64,000 bases of DNA, from the NCBI GenBank assembly GCA_051530055.1, contig CM121341.1, positions 496,001-560,000 of the forward strand. Reading direction: 5' to 3'. The DNA comes from Neoechinorhynchus agilis (lineage: Eukaryota > Animalia > Acanthocephala). Shown in pieces: positions 1-11,937 of this stretch; position 1 is the stretch's first letter, and the number at the start of each line of letters is the position of its first letter. The notes below the pieces were generated by a model. It saw only the letters and a list, made by a program, of their open reading frames with translations. It did not search any database and was not told the origin of the DNA. The position numbers and the translations under genes were made by a program.

Positions 1-59
1 CTTATCGCCTCAGATGCCAATAATCAACTTCAATACATGCGAATTTTCCTCGATCGAAT

Positions 60-1262
60 AGCTTACCTCACTGTTGATTTCGTTTTTCTTTTTGTCATGC
101 TGGTGGCTATGAGTGTTCTCTCGTTCTTCGGCAATGGCTAGCTAATTTCAGTTAATTAAAAATTCGACTAATGAGAAACTACAAAAGGAACAACCGAGGT
201 CGGACAACTGACAGTAACATATTCAAAAGGCTCAGCTAAGTATTAATCACGTTCGTAAAAGCACTGCTTTGACAAGAAATAATGATATCTATTATTAATA
301 TTTGCTGTCAGCCATACGCTAAATAGTCGGATGAAAGCTGAAAACCTTTCGATGTTGATAACTCCATAGAAATCATCAACGTTTGTTTCAAATATTTTAA
401 GGATCTTCTCATTGTTCTAAATGGCCTAGATCTAAGGATTAAGCCCGGATTCAAGGTCATCATAAGTAAAAGCACTTTCTGGGGATTTTCGACACTGCAA
501 ACAAATAGGTAGCTATTGTTGGACCACCTGGAACTGAATCAATGAATTTCAATCAACTAAGACACAGTATTTCACTCCTTCCATAGTTAAAATCGATTTT
601 TACCATACAAATCCACTGAGTTATATTTTTAGGAAGCGGTATTGATGAATATTATTATTCGGCTTAACTTGGATCCGTTGCAAGAAAAGTCCGATAGCAA
701 GTGTGATTATTTTTTTAGTTTAAATCAAAGTATAAAGTTATAGGTTGGACTGGATAATCATCGAATTCGGCAACCAAGCTTTAGCTATTCTACAAACAAG
801 CTCGATTACGTGTGCGAAAGCGAATTGGAATTTGGAGAAAATGAGAGGTAGTTATTGTAGTTGGCAAAGATACTTCTAGAACGGAAATTAATTGTTGTGA
901 TTTACGAGGCCAGTTCCAGCGTCAACAAGCAAACGCAGATCAAAATCCAAGATATTATAACTAGCGAGCTAAAGGAAAGTACTATAATCAGTATAATGCA
1001 CAAGGTCCAAGATGCAATCTACAGCGATGTAGTTATGCTTGTGAAAGGTGGAGATTTGGCCGAGAGTGGAAAATCACCAGAGTTGCTAGCGAACGGAAAC
1101 AAGATCTTCCATCGGATGACGATCACCAGTGGCAAATATGCTGAGGTTACAGATATAAAAATAATATCGAATACATTGAGTTTTGGAAGCGCGAAGAGAA
1201 TTAAACAAATTCAGCAAGAACGAAAGTGGCTACTAAGTTTGCTAACGGGCGCCGTTATTTGA
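60..1262 (+). pseudogene. Decayed ABCC/MRP-type ABC transporter, C-terminal TM/NBD2 region
   Basis: ORF 861-1262 (IVVIYEASSSVNKQTQIKIQDII...STIISIMHK...SPELL) aligns by eye to the ABCC NBD2 tail (LDEATAAVD...TIAHR...SP.ELL), with degenerate Walker B, D-loop and H-loop. Upstream are a Walker-A-like VAIVGPPGT (~505-535) and in-frame stops at ~848-870. Confidence 0.65.
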
Positions 1263-1779
1263 AATCCCCAAAACACGTACCAGCTTCTTTCCTTTCGGAG
1301 ATGAGCCATGTCGAGAACTTAATGGAATCGTTAAGGGTTTAAAAGAGTAGATATCGGAATTCGTTGTGACCACATCAACTTGCTCAATAAAAATACGATT
1401 GAAAAAGAGCGAGTTTTAAGTCAATGAACGTATAGTATAAAAGCTTAAGTGCAAGATACATAACTGCAATGATAAGTTTAAATGTTGGCCTATTTGATGA
1501 GAGCGTAGTATAAAAAAGGGAATCCGGCGACCGTTGCAACCGTCAATCCTCACAACTGTCTCAGATTCTAGTTTTACCATGAACTAAGAGGATTTACGTC
1601 CAAGTAATCGAGTCCTCGATCACGAGACCAAATCTCAATAATATGCGCAGGGGTTGCGGGTCCTCATCCCCTGTTCTTTTATGAATGGAAAGCAATATAA
1701 TAAATCAAGATACGGCTAGGGCGTCCCCTCCCGTAAGCGACCCGGTACATCATCCCCAGGTTTAGAAGCTATAAACTAA

Positions 1780-4400
1780 AGAAACGTCATGTCCCACTTA
1801 AGATCACAGCGAGAAATATCCGAACTCTTCTAGACAAGGGCACGGAACGTCCATCCCAAAGAGCTGTTCTTAACAGAAAAGCGGCGGTAAAATCCAAGAT
1901 TCCGACTCTGGATACACTTTCTTTTGGGAAGGAGAAAGAAGAGTTGAAAATTCGCCGCCAAAACGAAACTTGTTGAGGATCACAGTCTGCATCTTTTCAA
2001 CGTTAGGGAAAGACTCATGTTCGTACGCATTCCCCCAACCCTCCTCCACCTATCTGACTGTGATCTCTGCCTACACACCAAACTTCGGCGCAACTGTCGA
2101 TTGGTGATTTGAAAGGTTGCACCGGCGATAACAATGAACTTTGGACTTATCTAAAAGTGCAACTCAAACGGGCTCTGTTATTAGGGCGGTGTGAAGAATT
2201 CTGGCGGTGGCTGCAGCCTTGATCAATGCACTTGCCCTACATTGACTTCGTAATTACAGAAATTGACGACTGTTGGACGGACCACAGATGGCTCCTTTTG
2301 AAGCTCAAATTCCAATTGGCGATGAAGACGAAGCATCCGACGACGGATTCAACCAGAAGATGGAACATCGCAAAAAATAACGAATTAGCGACAGCATAAG
2401 CCTTCCAAGAGGCCGTCAACCAACATATCCAGAATTCCACATGCAAAACGGCATCCGAACACCGAGAAAGCTTGAAGTCCTCCATAATTTAAGCTGCCAA
2501 TGAATATCTCGGTCCCAAAAGAGAAAATAACCTGATTGGTTTAATGAAAATAATGCAGATATTGCAACGATATTTGAACAAAAAAAGCCAGAATTGCCTT
2601 TGAAAACGATCCTCGATTAACATCGAGGAAGGAACAATTTCTAAAAGCGAAAGTATTCACTTATAAATGCATTCGCCAGATTCAAAATGACAGTAGGGTC
2701 ATGAAGTTCGAAGAACTCCTACAACGTGATGACGGTCACCACAAGGGGATCTTTTCGCTGGTGCTCGTGCCATCCATGGCCTCACTCCACAGTCATCAGT
2801 CACAATGTAGTGTACTGAAAGCACAATGACCGTAATCACTGAAGGAATCCGTTAGCGCTGGGGGAACCACTATCCCCAACGCGCCATCAGTAGCTTCCCC
2901 ATAGGTTTTGTATCCTGGTCCAACAATGAGAACAACAAATCCTTGGATCAATAGACTTATCGACTGAGCCGGTCAAGTACGGAGGAAAGAAGTTCGAGCA
3001 AAGCTCCATATGATCACTCACCCACCGGACTTACGGAATTCAGTCATCATACCAACCTTCAAAAGGGAAGATAGATCCATGGAGTCGCGCTAGGCAGGGA
3101 ACCAGTTGCAAGAATCCTCCTGAATAGGCTGCTTCCCCTCACGGAAGGAATTCTACCTGAAGGCCAAAGTGGATTCAGGGCTCAGAGGGGAACCATCGAT
3201 GCAATCTTCTGCGTTGATCAGCTTCAACCAAGAAATATTATTGACCTCTCCTTATGACCACCATGTTTGATATATCCCAAGCCGTCGTTAAAACGTGCTA
3301 CGCGATACCCTTTGAGAAGATGTGCATCGCTTTGGACCCCACCATGATTTGTGAAGATGGTACACTCAATTCATGAAGGAATGGCTGTCATGGTCAGATA
3401 TCATGGCCAACTGACAGAACCACTCTCAATCGGAGTTAAACAAGATTTCGTCCTCGCTTCAACACTCTTCTCGATCTACCACGCAGCTCTCCTGTATAAC
3501 ACGAATGGACAGAACTAAGATATTCAAATTCAATATCGTTATGACGGATGAGGTTTCTTCAACCTCAACCATCTAAAGAGTAAAATGAAAACCTTCGAAG
3601 TTACAATGGTGCCCCACCTGACGATCCCGTCAAACTGGAACAACTGACGGCTTCTTTGTGAATTGTTTGGACTGAAGAAAAACACCATCAAAAACAAAGT
3701 CCTTGTGCAGCATATCTCACAAAATCCATTTCCGGCCTTCGAAATCAACATAAATGATGCGTCACTTGACCAAGTCGACAAATGTTGTTACCTGGGGAAC
3801 ACACTGCATAACAAGAGGTCTTTGCAAGAATTCGAGCAGCGCACACATCCTATTGAAAACTGTGCTTGCTGTCCTTTCGACTCAGAAACCTGGACCGCGC
3901 GAAACGAAAGCACATCAAGATCAAAAACTCCGACAAATCCTCCGTTTCAGATGGGTGGACTATGGGGCTAACAAGCAAGTAGTTGTGAGATCAAAATCCG
4001 TGAGTATAGAATCTATGCTAATTGCCTGACAGCTTCGCTTGCTTGAACTTCTCGAGAGAATGGATGACACACTGAACCCGAAACAACTGTCCTCTATATC
4101 GAGCTAACTAAAGAAACACGAAAATGCGGGGACAATACAAGTGATTTAAATTCCAGATCAAAACTATCATGACAGAAAACAACATCGACCACAAAGCCTG
4201 CGTAAATCTCGTTCAAGACCGACTAATCTGGAAATGCACCTACTGAACTGCGACACCCAAACGCGAAACCAACCGCACGGAAGAGAGAACGACAAGAAGA
4301 AAGGAAACAAAGACTGAGCCCCCGATGTCTGAGAACGTTCCCAAATCGCATTGCTCTCCCATCTAAGAACACGTGGACGAATCCGAGGCAACCAACGACG
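1780..4400 (+). mobile_element. Decayed RTE-clade (BovB-like) LINE
   Basis: Fragments read PLKITARNIRTLLD (APE start), GTIDAIF, GVKQDFVLASTLFSIY, IQYRYDG.GFFNLNHLK and a C-terminal CPRCLRTFPNRIAL..HLRT motif. Many stops and frameshifts. Confidence 0.85.
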
Positions 4401-4439
4401 ACAAACATAAAAACTGAATAATACCCAAGAAATTCGTTA

Positions 4440-5450
4440 GAATATTCAACTCGGACTTACCACGTTTAACATACATTTTGAAACTCCTTCAAAATCAAGC
4501 ATTTGAGGCCCATCACAATAAATATCCTTCCCCTTTAAACTTTCTTTCCTCCAAAATTCGTTCGGGTGGCAATTAAACATGGTGGCGGGCCGTCAAGGAC
4601 TCTCTTGGTCTGCGCCGTCCAGGCACCGATGCCCTACTTTGTATTTATGACACGTTTCTACGTAACCTCGACAATATTCCCTCCCACTTCACCCGTCTCC
4701 TTCAACTGGATTTATCTAAAGCTTTCGACTCCGTGGACCATTCACTCCTCCGATTTTGGTCTCAAATTGTGGCAGATCCGCTGGCTCGAATCTTATCTTC
4801 ATAATCACAAACAATACATTCATTGCCGCATCAAAGACGTTCCTCAAGGTGCCGTAATCTCACCACTTTTATCAAACCTCTCTCCTCTCGCTCTAAACTT
4901 TTCTTATATGCCGACGATATCTCCCTTATCACCCATTCACCACCCCGCTTCTCCCGACTGGTATATCACTCTCTCCCTCAAGCTCAATACCTTCAAAAAT
5001 TATCTCCTCAAACGCCTCCGACATTTAGGAATCCCTTCACTCGATCTCTACAAATTTTACTTCAGCTTTATTTTACCCTCCCTCACCTACGGTTATCCCG
5101 TCTTTTGCAACCTATCCAAATCTCAAATCCGTCGCCTTGAAATGTTTCATAAAGGAGTATCTAAAATTTGCACAACTTACTTTCCCCCTCTCACCGAATG
5201 CCTTGACACTATTTTCATAAAACAATCAAAACGACAAGAGCATAACACTCGTAATCCTAATTCTTATCATCCTCCCTCAACCTCACACCTCCCTATACCT
5301 ACACTCTTTTTTCCTTGCTGCTCAATCTTCTCGGATATCATAACTTGTAATGAATCTTAGGAAAGACCAACCTCACAAACTCTCCTTATGAGGATCCAAA
5401 AGTACATGGGTCCTATTGTTTGTTAATTAACAAATAAACATGTAATTATT
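4440..5450 (+). mobile_element. Internally deleted L2/CR1-like LINE with 3' tail
   Basis: DLSKAFDSVDH-like and KDVPQGAVISPLL motifs, plus FLYADDISL in a second frame. 4980-5350 is nearly identical to the minus-strand copy at 18980-19330. The 3' stem-loop lies at 5392-5413. Confidence 0.85.
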
Positions 5451-5714
5451 ATAAATTTCAATTATTGGCATGTAAAATCGGATCGAGTTTCATAGGGGAA
5501 ATGCAAAAATTACTGAAGAATGGACGATTTAAGCGATAAATCTCAATGATCCACAAATTTGATTGGAAAAAGCACTACTTTTATTACCAAAAAGAAGGTG
5601 AAGAAATATAACTTAACATTTCGTCCTCTACGCGTGAGCTTAAGAATTGCTTCTAAGTTCGTGTACTCACATACATAGTATGTGTTCCTTGTATTTTTTT
5701 CCCATTTTTATTTT

Positions 5715-5810
5715 AATTGATACTTGGGCTGGCTGTTGTAATGTGATAAATAAAAATCTTTATTTCCGAACTTTCGCAGTCTCACGGCTTCTTCAGGAAT
5801 CTACAAAGGG
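5715..5810 (-). mobile_element. Inverted Penelope pseudo-LTR with hammerhead motif
   Basis: The reverse complement (gtagattc CTGAAGA A GCCGT gag ACTGC GAAA GT TC ggaaataaagattttt atttatcacattacaacagc) matches the plus-strand pLTR at 6785-6860. Confidence 0.75.
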
Positions 5811-5849
5811 CCCATGGAGATACGTAGTTTGTTAAAGTAGTGACATTGA

Positions 5850-6880
5850 TGTGTGGAAAGTACGACAAATCCAGTCGATCCGGTAACATTGACAACAACG
5901 TCTTTTCTTAAATGTAGACCGATTATTTCGGTAGTCAATGGTCCTGCGTGCCGATTATCTCATTTCCTGGCGATTAGCCCACTTATTCAAAGAAAGAGTT
6001 CCTATTTGCAGAATGTAGGCAATTTACCGTTGAGATGCACAGGACTGATTTGCTCATCATCATCATTAACGGAGAAACGATGCAATTTTCGCCAATAGTG
6101 GATAAGAAGTAACGATATCATGTGGTTCCAGCAGCGGTGTGATTCACGGGAGGAGAAGCGGAAAGATGATCGCTTAATTAATCGATATAAAGCAAAAACC
6201 GGATTCTCAAGATTCCATATTTCAGTGAAAATTAAACTAATGACGCTCGAAAGCAACTGCTACGATTGAGAATGGATGTCCGGATTGTCCACCGACGCGC
6301 GCCTACCCTAAGGCGAATCCTGACGAGAACTGGGCATTATGAAATTCCGGAAACAAGTCCAGCATCGTTCATTGATGTGTACAAATGAAAGAAAAGATTC
6401 AATTTGCACTCCAAGCTTCTTGGTCTACGAGATAACCAACGAACGACGTTTGGCCGATAACAATCGCGACTTAATCGTTCGAGCCGTTTCGTAACCTAAT
6501 TAACCGGACGCAAAATCATGGCCACCCCACGGATAAAGCACCACTCAGAGCGCCACATCGACAGAGAAGTAAAACTCTCGACGCGAGTACCTTTTGGAAC
6601 TATATATCGCCGAGGCATTACTTATATCCCGGACGGATGGAAGGGGATGGTATTTCTAACGGGCAATGCTACTGATAGTTCTAGAAATCAGCCCGACCAA
6701 GCCCCAAAATTGCTCAATCGGTAAGACGAACTTTCTACACTTCAATGTCGCTACTTTAACTCAGTTGAGATCTTTATACGACGGTAGATTCCTAAGGAAG
6801 ATGTAAGACGGTGAAAGCGCTCAGAAATAAAGATTTTAATTTATCACATTACAACAGCAGCATAAAAGTATCTATTTTCG
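5850..6880 (+). mobile_element. Decayed Penelope-like element (copy 1 of a tandem)
   Basis: RT piece PIISVVNGPACRLSHFL. The segment RIVHRRAPTLRRILTRTGH (~6280-6335) is homologous to RIVHRGCRTLRRMLTRTRH in ORF 7099-8262. It ends in a pLTR with a mutated hammerhead core (CTAAGGA). Confidence 0.75.
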
Positions 6881-7009
6881 AAAACAAAAACATGATAAAT
6901 TTTGTGGTTAACATATGAAATAGTATTTCACAATAATACTTTTTTCGAAAACAATCTTGATAAAGGCACAAGATGGTGCCGACCTAATAAATTCAACTTT
7001 TCTGAAGCA

Positions 7010-8400
7010 ATTCTAAATACGTCCTACGCGTAAATCGCCTTGGATAGCATGTTTTTCGTTATCGAAACCAGCTATATAAGCAAGTTCGTGGTCTTGCAAT
7101 GGGAAATAGTTTGGCTCTGGTATTGGCCATCCTCTACCTCGATGACCTGGAAAGACTGCACATCTATCCACATTTAGCGTCGAGTCAAGTTTACCTCCGC
7201 TATGTGGACGATGTGTTGCTGACCTTCACCGAGGATGATGAGGTCGATACCATTGAGTCACTATTAAATTCAATGGACTCGAATAGGAGGATTCAAGTTA
7301 CAAGAGACCAACCTTCGGACTACCTGCCATTCCTAAATCTTCGCTTCAAATCCGACGATGTGTCCAACTTCAATTGGTATCGAAAGCCATGCAGGAAGTC
7401 GATTGTGACGCACCGAGATTCTCACCATCCTTGGGCGATGAAAGCGGCGATATACGCTGGTATGCATAAATCGGCAACCACCTGCTCATCGTCGTGGGAC
7501 GCGAAGCGTGGAGCGGTGGAAGCAGTAAACAAGATCTTCGCGGACAACGGATATTCGACAGAGGAGACCGAAGGATTCCAGCGAGAAGTGGAAAATAGAA
7601 TTAGACGAGACGCTGGACCCATGAGGGAACGAAAGGACGATAGGCCGATCCTACGAATTCCGTACGTGAGTGAAATGTTCACGAAGAGAGTCAAAGTACT
7701 GCTCAGGCAAGCAGGGTTGAATGTGCGTATTGTGCACAGAGGGTGTAGAACGCTGCGGAGGATGCTGACGAGAACGAGGCATCATGAGGATCATCAGGAA
7801 TGCCCTCGGTCGTGCCTATTGTGCAGATACGCAGCAGGTGCGAGGATGGACGAGGAGCGTCAGCAAGCCATTGATCGTGACTGGAAGATGTGCGATCAGA
7901 GCAGTGTGGTCTACGAGATCCGGTGTGAACGGTGTCGGATTGACCGTGGCCACTTGGTCACGTACGTGGGCAAAACAGAAAGGCCACTTCGCCAAAGAGT
8001 GGCCGAGCATGTACGAAACTCGTTGAACCCAAGTGCGCAATCGTATGTGGCGAGACCGTGGGCGAAACATTATTCGCGAGTCCACCCGGATGGAACAGTT
8101 CAGCTGTCCACGCGCATAATGTACAAAGCGCAGGATCCCGTCGAACTGTCGATAGCGGAAGCGCTGATCATATCCCGAGAGACCCGGGATCGTGAGGACT
8201 CTAGCGGGCATCGGTCGGTAGGACACTCATTAACCAGAAGGATGAGTTGTCTGCCGTCATGAATCTCATGTGAACCTCCACTCGCATTGCAGATTACACC
8301 CTGAAGAAGCCGTTGGACGGCGAAAGCTAGGTGTTTCAATAAAATCTCTTTCAGTCGGATTGTCAATCAAACAATCATCAATAGATAAAACATGCGACTG
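7010..8400 (+). mobile_element. 5'-truncated Penelope-like element: RT C-terminus plus GIY-YIG endonuclease, open ORF 7099-8262
   Basis: MGNSLALVLAILYL (MGSPLSP-like), YLRYVDD, LPFLNL, WYRKP, and GIY-YIG VVYEIRCERC...TYVGKTERPLRQRVAEH. A hammerhead follows in the 3' pLTR. Confidence 0.93.
8296..8334 (+). ncRNA. Minimal type I hammerhead ribozyme (PLE-associated), intact
   Basis: ACACC-CTGAAGA-A-GCCGT(tgg)ACGGC-GAAA-GC-TA-GGTGT. Perfect 5-bp stem I, 5-bp stem II, full core, palindromic AGCT at stem III and a UA cleavage site. Confidence 0.9.
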
Positions 8401-8832
8401 AACAACCAAGCAGCGCTTAGTAATCTCATGTTTAGAATTAAAAAAAAGTGGCCGAACTGGTTTGACACTCGATCCTTTTCAGAAAATAATTAAAAATCGC
8501 CACTTACATGCTCTATTTGATAATTTTCGTCCTTCGAGTAGACCATCTTCACCAATTTATTGCTCTTGTAAGTTTTTAAATATGTAAGTTTGCCTCCTAT
8601 TTAAAAATATAGAAGAGCAATAGACTGATGAAGGGGGAAAATTGTCAAAAATAAATCAATATTATAATTCGCCATAAAAAAGTGAATGATGAGCATCTTT
8701 ATAACAAACACTTGCATGCTCCAAAGTAGCTATTTTTCTCAGTAATTAACTACTAAAAGCGTCCGAACGTCTTTCACGAGTGCGCTACAAAACATTTGAG
8801 AAAAACCCTCCGACAAATGACGTAATTTCGTG

Positions 8833-8840
8833 CTTCTTCC
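8833..8840 (+). promoter_or_regulatory. Possible TCT initiator / 5'TOP pyrimidine tract of RPS16
   Basis: CTTCTTCC lies ~55 nt upstream of the RPS16 ATG, which is typical of ribosomal protein genes. The motif is short and the TSS is unknown. Confidence 0.3.
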
Positions 8841-8893
8841 GCGCATTCGTCGCAACGTGCCGTGTCAGTTGGCATGGTGCTTCGAACACTGAG

Positions 8894-9355
8894 ATGTCTT
8901 CTTCACCTAGCGGACTCAAGGAGCGCAAATGCGTCACTACTTTCGGAAAAAAGAAGACGGCTACAGCGACTGTGAAGGTCTGTGAGTGTCGGAACAAGAG
9001 CGGTACCATTCTGGTTAATAGTCGTCCTATTTCACTTGTTCAACCCGAATGCCTTCGTCTAAAGCTTGAAGAGGCTACGATGCTCATTAGGCCATCGAAA
9101 TTACGTGAATTAAACATCCGGGTTCATGTCCGTGGTGGTGGGCATGTTTCTCAAATTTATGCCATCAGACAAGCTATCGCTAAAGGAATCGTTGCCTATT
9201 ATCAAAAATACGTCGACGAGCAGAGTAAAAACGAGTTAAGGAACGCTCTTCTTTCCTACGATCGATCGCTTTTAGTCGCCGATCCACGAAGATGTGAACC
9301 GAAGAAGTTTGGCGGACCTGGAGCGAGAGCCAAGTACCAGAAGAGTTATAGATGA
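8894..9355 (+). CDS. RPS16: 40S ribosomal protein S16 (uS9), intronless
   Basis: [61 protein letters not shown]. The first ATG is at 8894; the track start at 8780 is a GTG. Confidence 0.98.
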   Translation: MSSSPSGLKERKCVTTFGKKKTATATVKVCECRNKSGTILVNSRPISLVQPECLRLKLEEATMLIRPSKLRELNIRVHVRGGGHVSQIYAIRQAIAKGIVAYYQKYVDEQSKNELRNALLSYDRSLLVADPRRCEPKKFGGPGARAKYQKSYR

Positions 9356-9938
9356 GAAATAAATACTATTTCATTTGATAGGAGGCATCGTTTTTGGTTC
9401 GTTAACGAACATTGAACCCGATTTTGCTTTTGTAATCGAACCGAAATTGGCAGTTTTTATGTGAATTTCAATTCGAGGTTACATTTTCAAAGACCTGAAT
9501 GCACGAACAAGATGACACTAAAAACATTAGTATTCGAAATCAGACAAAAAAGTCGTTTTAAAAGCATCAAATTCTTTAAAGCCCTTAAAAGTGAGCACTG
9601 GAAGCCGTTTTTATGTGAATACGCATTTGACTTTACCGGCATTGGTTTGAAAATAAGTTTGTCAAATCTATGAAACGCGATTAAGTACAATTTAGATATT
9701 TCAAAATGTAATCTTCTAATTCAAGTGAGCAACTCAAGTCGCTAAGAAAACATAAATCACAGGCGGTTTTAGTCAGGAGTAACCCTTTTTTCTTCTATCG
9801 ATTCAAGATTCGATTTTTTTATCGCGTCGTTTTATGGTTTTCCTTTTTAAGAATCAATTTCCACGTTCATTTCCTTTAGAGGAATTTGAAATAGACTAAG
9901 CAGAAACGTCGAATCCATCTACGACGAATCGTCCGTAC

Positions 9939-11085
9939 TTATTCGCATGAGTCATTTTCGGGGCAATCATCTTTAAGTTTCCTTCGTCTCTCATACTCCA
10001 TCCAATTGGTGACTTCAACAACACTGGCTAAAACACTGAACTGATTATTATCGAATGCATAGATTTGATCGAGTAATCGTTTGCTCGTCCACGCGAGTTT
10101 CGATTTCACTTCATTGTATTTGAAAGAACAATTACCGACATCATTCAGAGAATCGATTGGATCACGAATACTCAAATGCTGGTTTACGCAATCACTTACA
10201 CTAAAAACGGCTCCTTGACGTTCGACAAATTCAAGTTTGTACGCACTGTGATCGAATCGGTTTCCGTAAAAATCTAAGAAGCGAAGGAGGACTTCTCCAA
10301 GATTAAGGAGACTTTGAAACACTGGACCATATTCCCGCATCATGAAATGAGTAACCATAAGAAAGATAGCATACGAACCAAGACCGCCGCGATAAGGACG
10401 ATTAAGATTTGATTCGGCCAAAATGTGTTTTACGACAAACAAAATGTATTTTACGTCAGGATAAAAACGGAGGTACTCAAGATTGGGTGGAATCTCGGTA
10501 AAGAAGCTTTCCACCGATACTGACATTCCACGGTTCTTTAACAAGTGTAACGCACTTAATGGCATTTTCGCGATTGACACTCACATCGACACTAATGCCG
10601 GATTTTGGATCTTTTATACGGATAATCTTAACGCGAGCATTAATCAAATGAATGCAATTTTTCGGGACATCGTTCTCGTTTATCAAATAATTCTCAAGTC
10701 CTTCAAGGAAACCGTCTTCTTCACCGCTTTTCACGAGTACCACAAGGTCGATATCGCTGGTTGGGAAACAGAGGCGGGTACTGTAGCTTCCGACCGCGTC
10801 GACGTGTTCAACTGCACGCATTAATGAAATCATCGCCATGTACTTTGAAGCAACGCTTTCTCGTAGCTCGTTTTCTCGCATCGTTGGTGTCATGTATTCG
10901 TAGAAGCGAACTATTTCCACGTGAAGCTGGTCAATGGCCGGACCCATCGAGTGAAACAAGCGAAAGCGACGATTACGGCATAGTCCGAATTGGCGATCGG
11001 TCGAATGAGCCAGCCATGGGGCCGATACAATGTTCCGTTCAGTGAAATCCGAAACCTTAGAGGAAGCCATCAACATATCGCGCAA
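9939..11085 (-). CDS. TENT4: Non-canonical poly(A) polymerase, TRF4/PAPD5-7 (TENT4) family
   Basis: LHVEIVRFYEYMTP, GSYSTRLCFPTSDIDLV, NARVKIIRI, DVSVN, GGLGSYAIFLMV, LSIRDPIDSLNDVG. The two ORFs are joined by a short intron within 10479-10536 whose boundaries are ambiguous. The exact start is uncertain. Confidence 0.92.
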
Positions 11086-11320
11086 TTGCAGCCAATCGGA
11101 ATCGAGAATTTCTTCTTCAGGGAAAGGGGTGTTTACACAAGTGTAATACTGAACGTCTGAAAAAACAACAACGAAGAGCTAAAAAACGTATACGATATTT
11201 GGATTCCTCAGTGAACAACCGGTCGTCTTTATTGACTTTAACTCACAATTTGGCGAATTTCTATCGGAAAAGGTCTGATCGAAAATGAAGCGCGCACACA
11301 CACACAAATCACAAGAAAAT

Positions 11321-11900
11321 TCACGTTATAAAAAAGAAATCAATCGAATATTGCGACTCTTGCGAGAAATCCAATAATAGCAATTCTATAAACACAAGTC
11401 TATGTGTTTGCGTGTACGACTTTAGCAGTAGTTTTTGGCCGTCGTCGATTTCATTGAAGATGTTTATAACTCGCTCATTAACAATTTGAACCATCTTTAG
11501 TAAAATGGACGACGATAAAAACAACAGCGAATTTCCGTGCAAATATGATGAGTTAAGTGCAAAACTCTGTTTATTATGAAGTGCCAAAAACAACAACTGG
11601 TGACTATTCTTTCGCCGCAATCCCGCATATTTAAAACTTGAAAAGATCCTTTTAAAAAGGAATTCTCCACTTTTCCCCAATATGAAAGAATTTTGTCTCG
11701 ATTAAGGGTTCACAAAACGTCTAATTTTGTGCGTTTAACGAAAACAAGAAGAGCATCATTTCCGGCTGTTAAAACACGAATAAACTGACGCAGTAGTAGA
11801 AACCTTTTTTATCTCTTTCCCATTATGTATCGTGTCGAAAACTTTCTCGCACACGCAAAGCCAGCTATTTGATTCGACATCTCGCTGACACGCAATTGAG
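11321..11900 (-). CDS. Possible small multi-exon gene of unknown function between INCENP and TENT4
   Basis: ORFs 11321-11680 and 11756-11947 and several GT...AG intron-like segments (e.g. gtttct...ttttaacag) are present. No confident model or homology could be built. Confidence 0.25.
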
Positions 11901-11937
11901 CTAGAGTTCAGTAATTTTGAAATATATTGTTGTTTTT

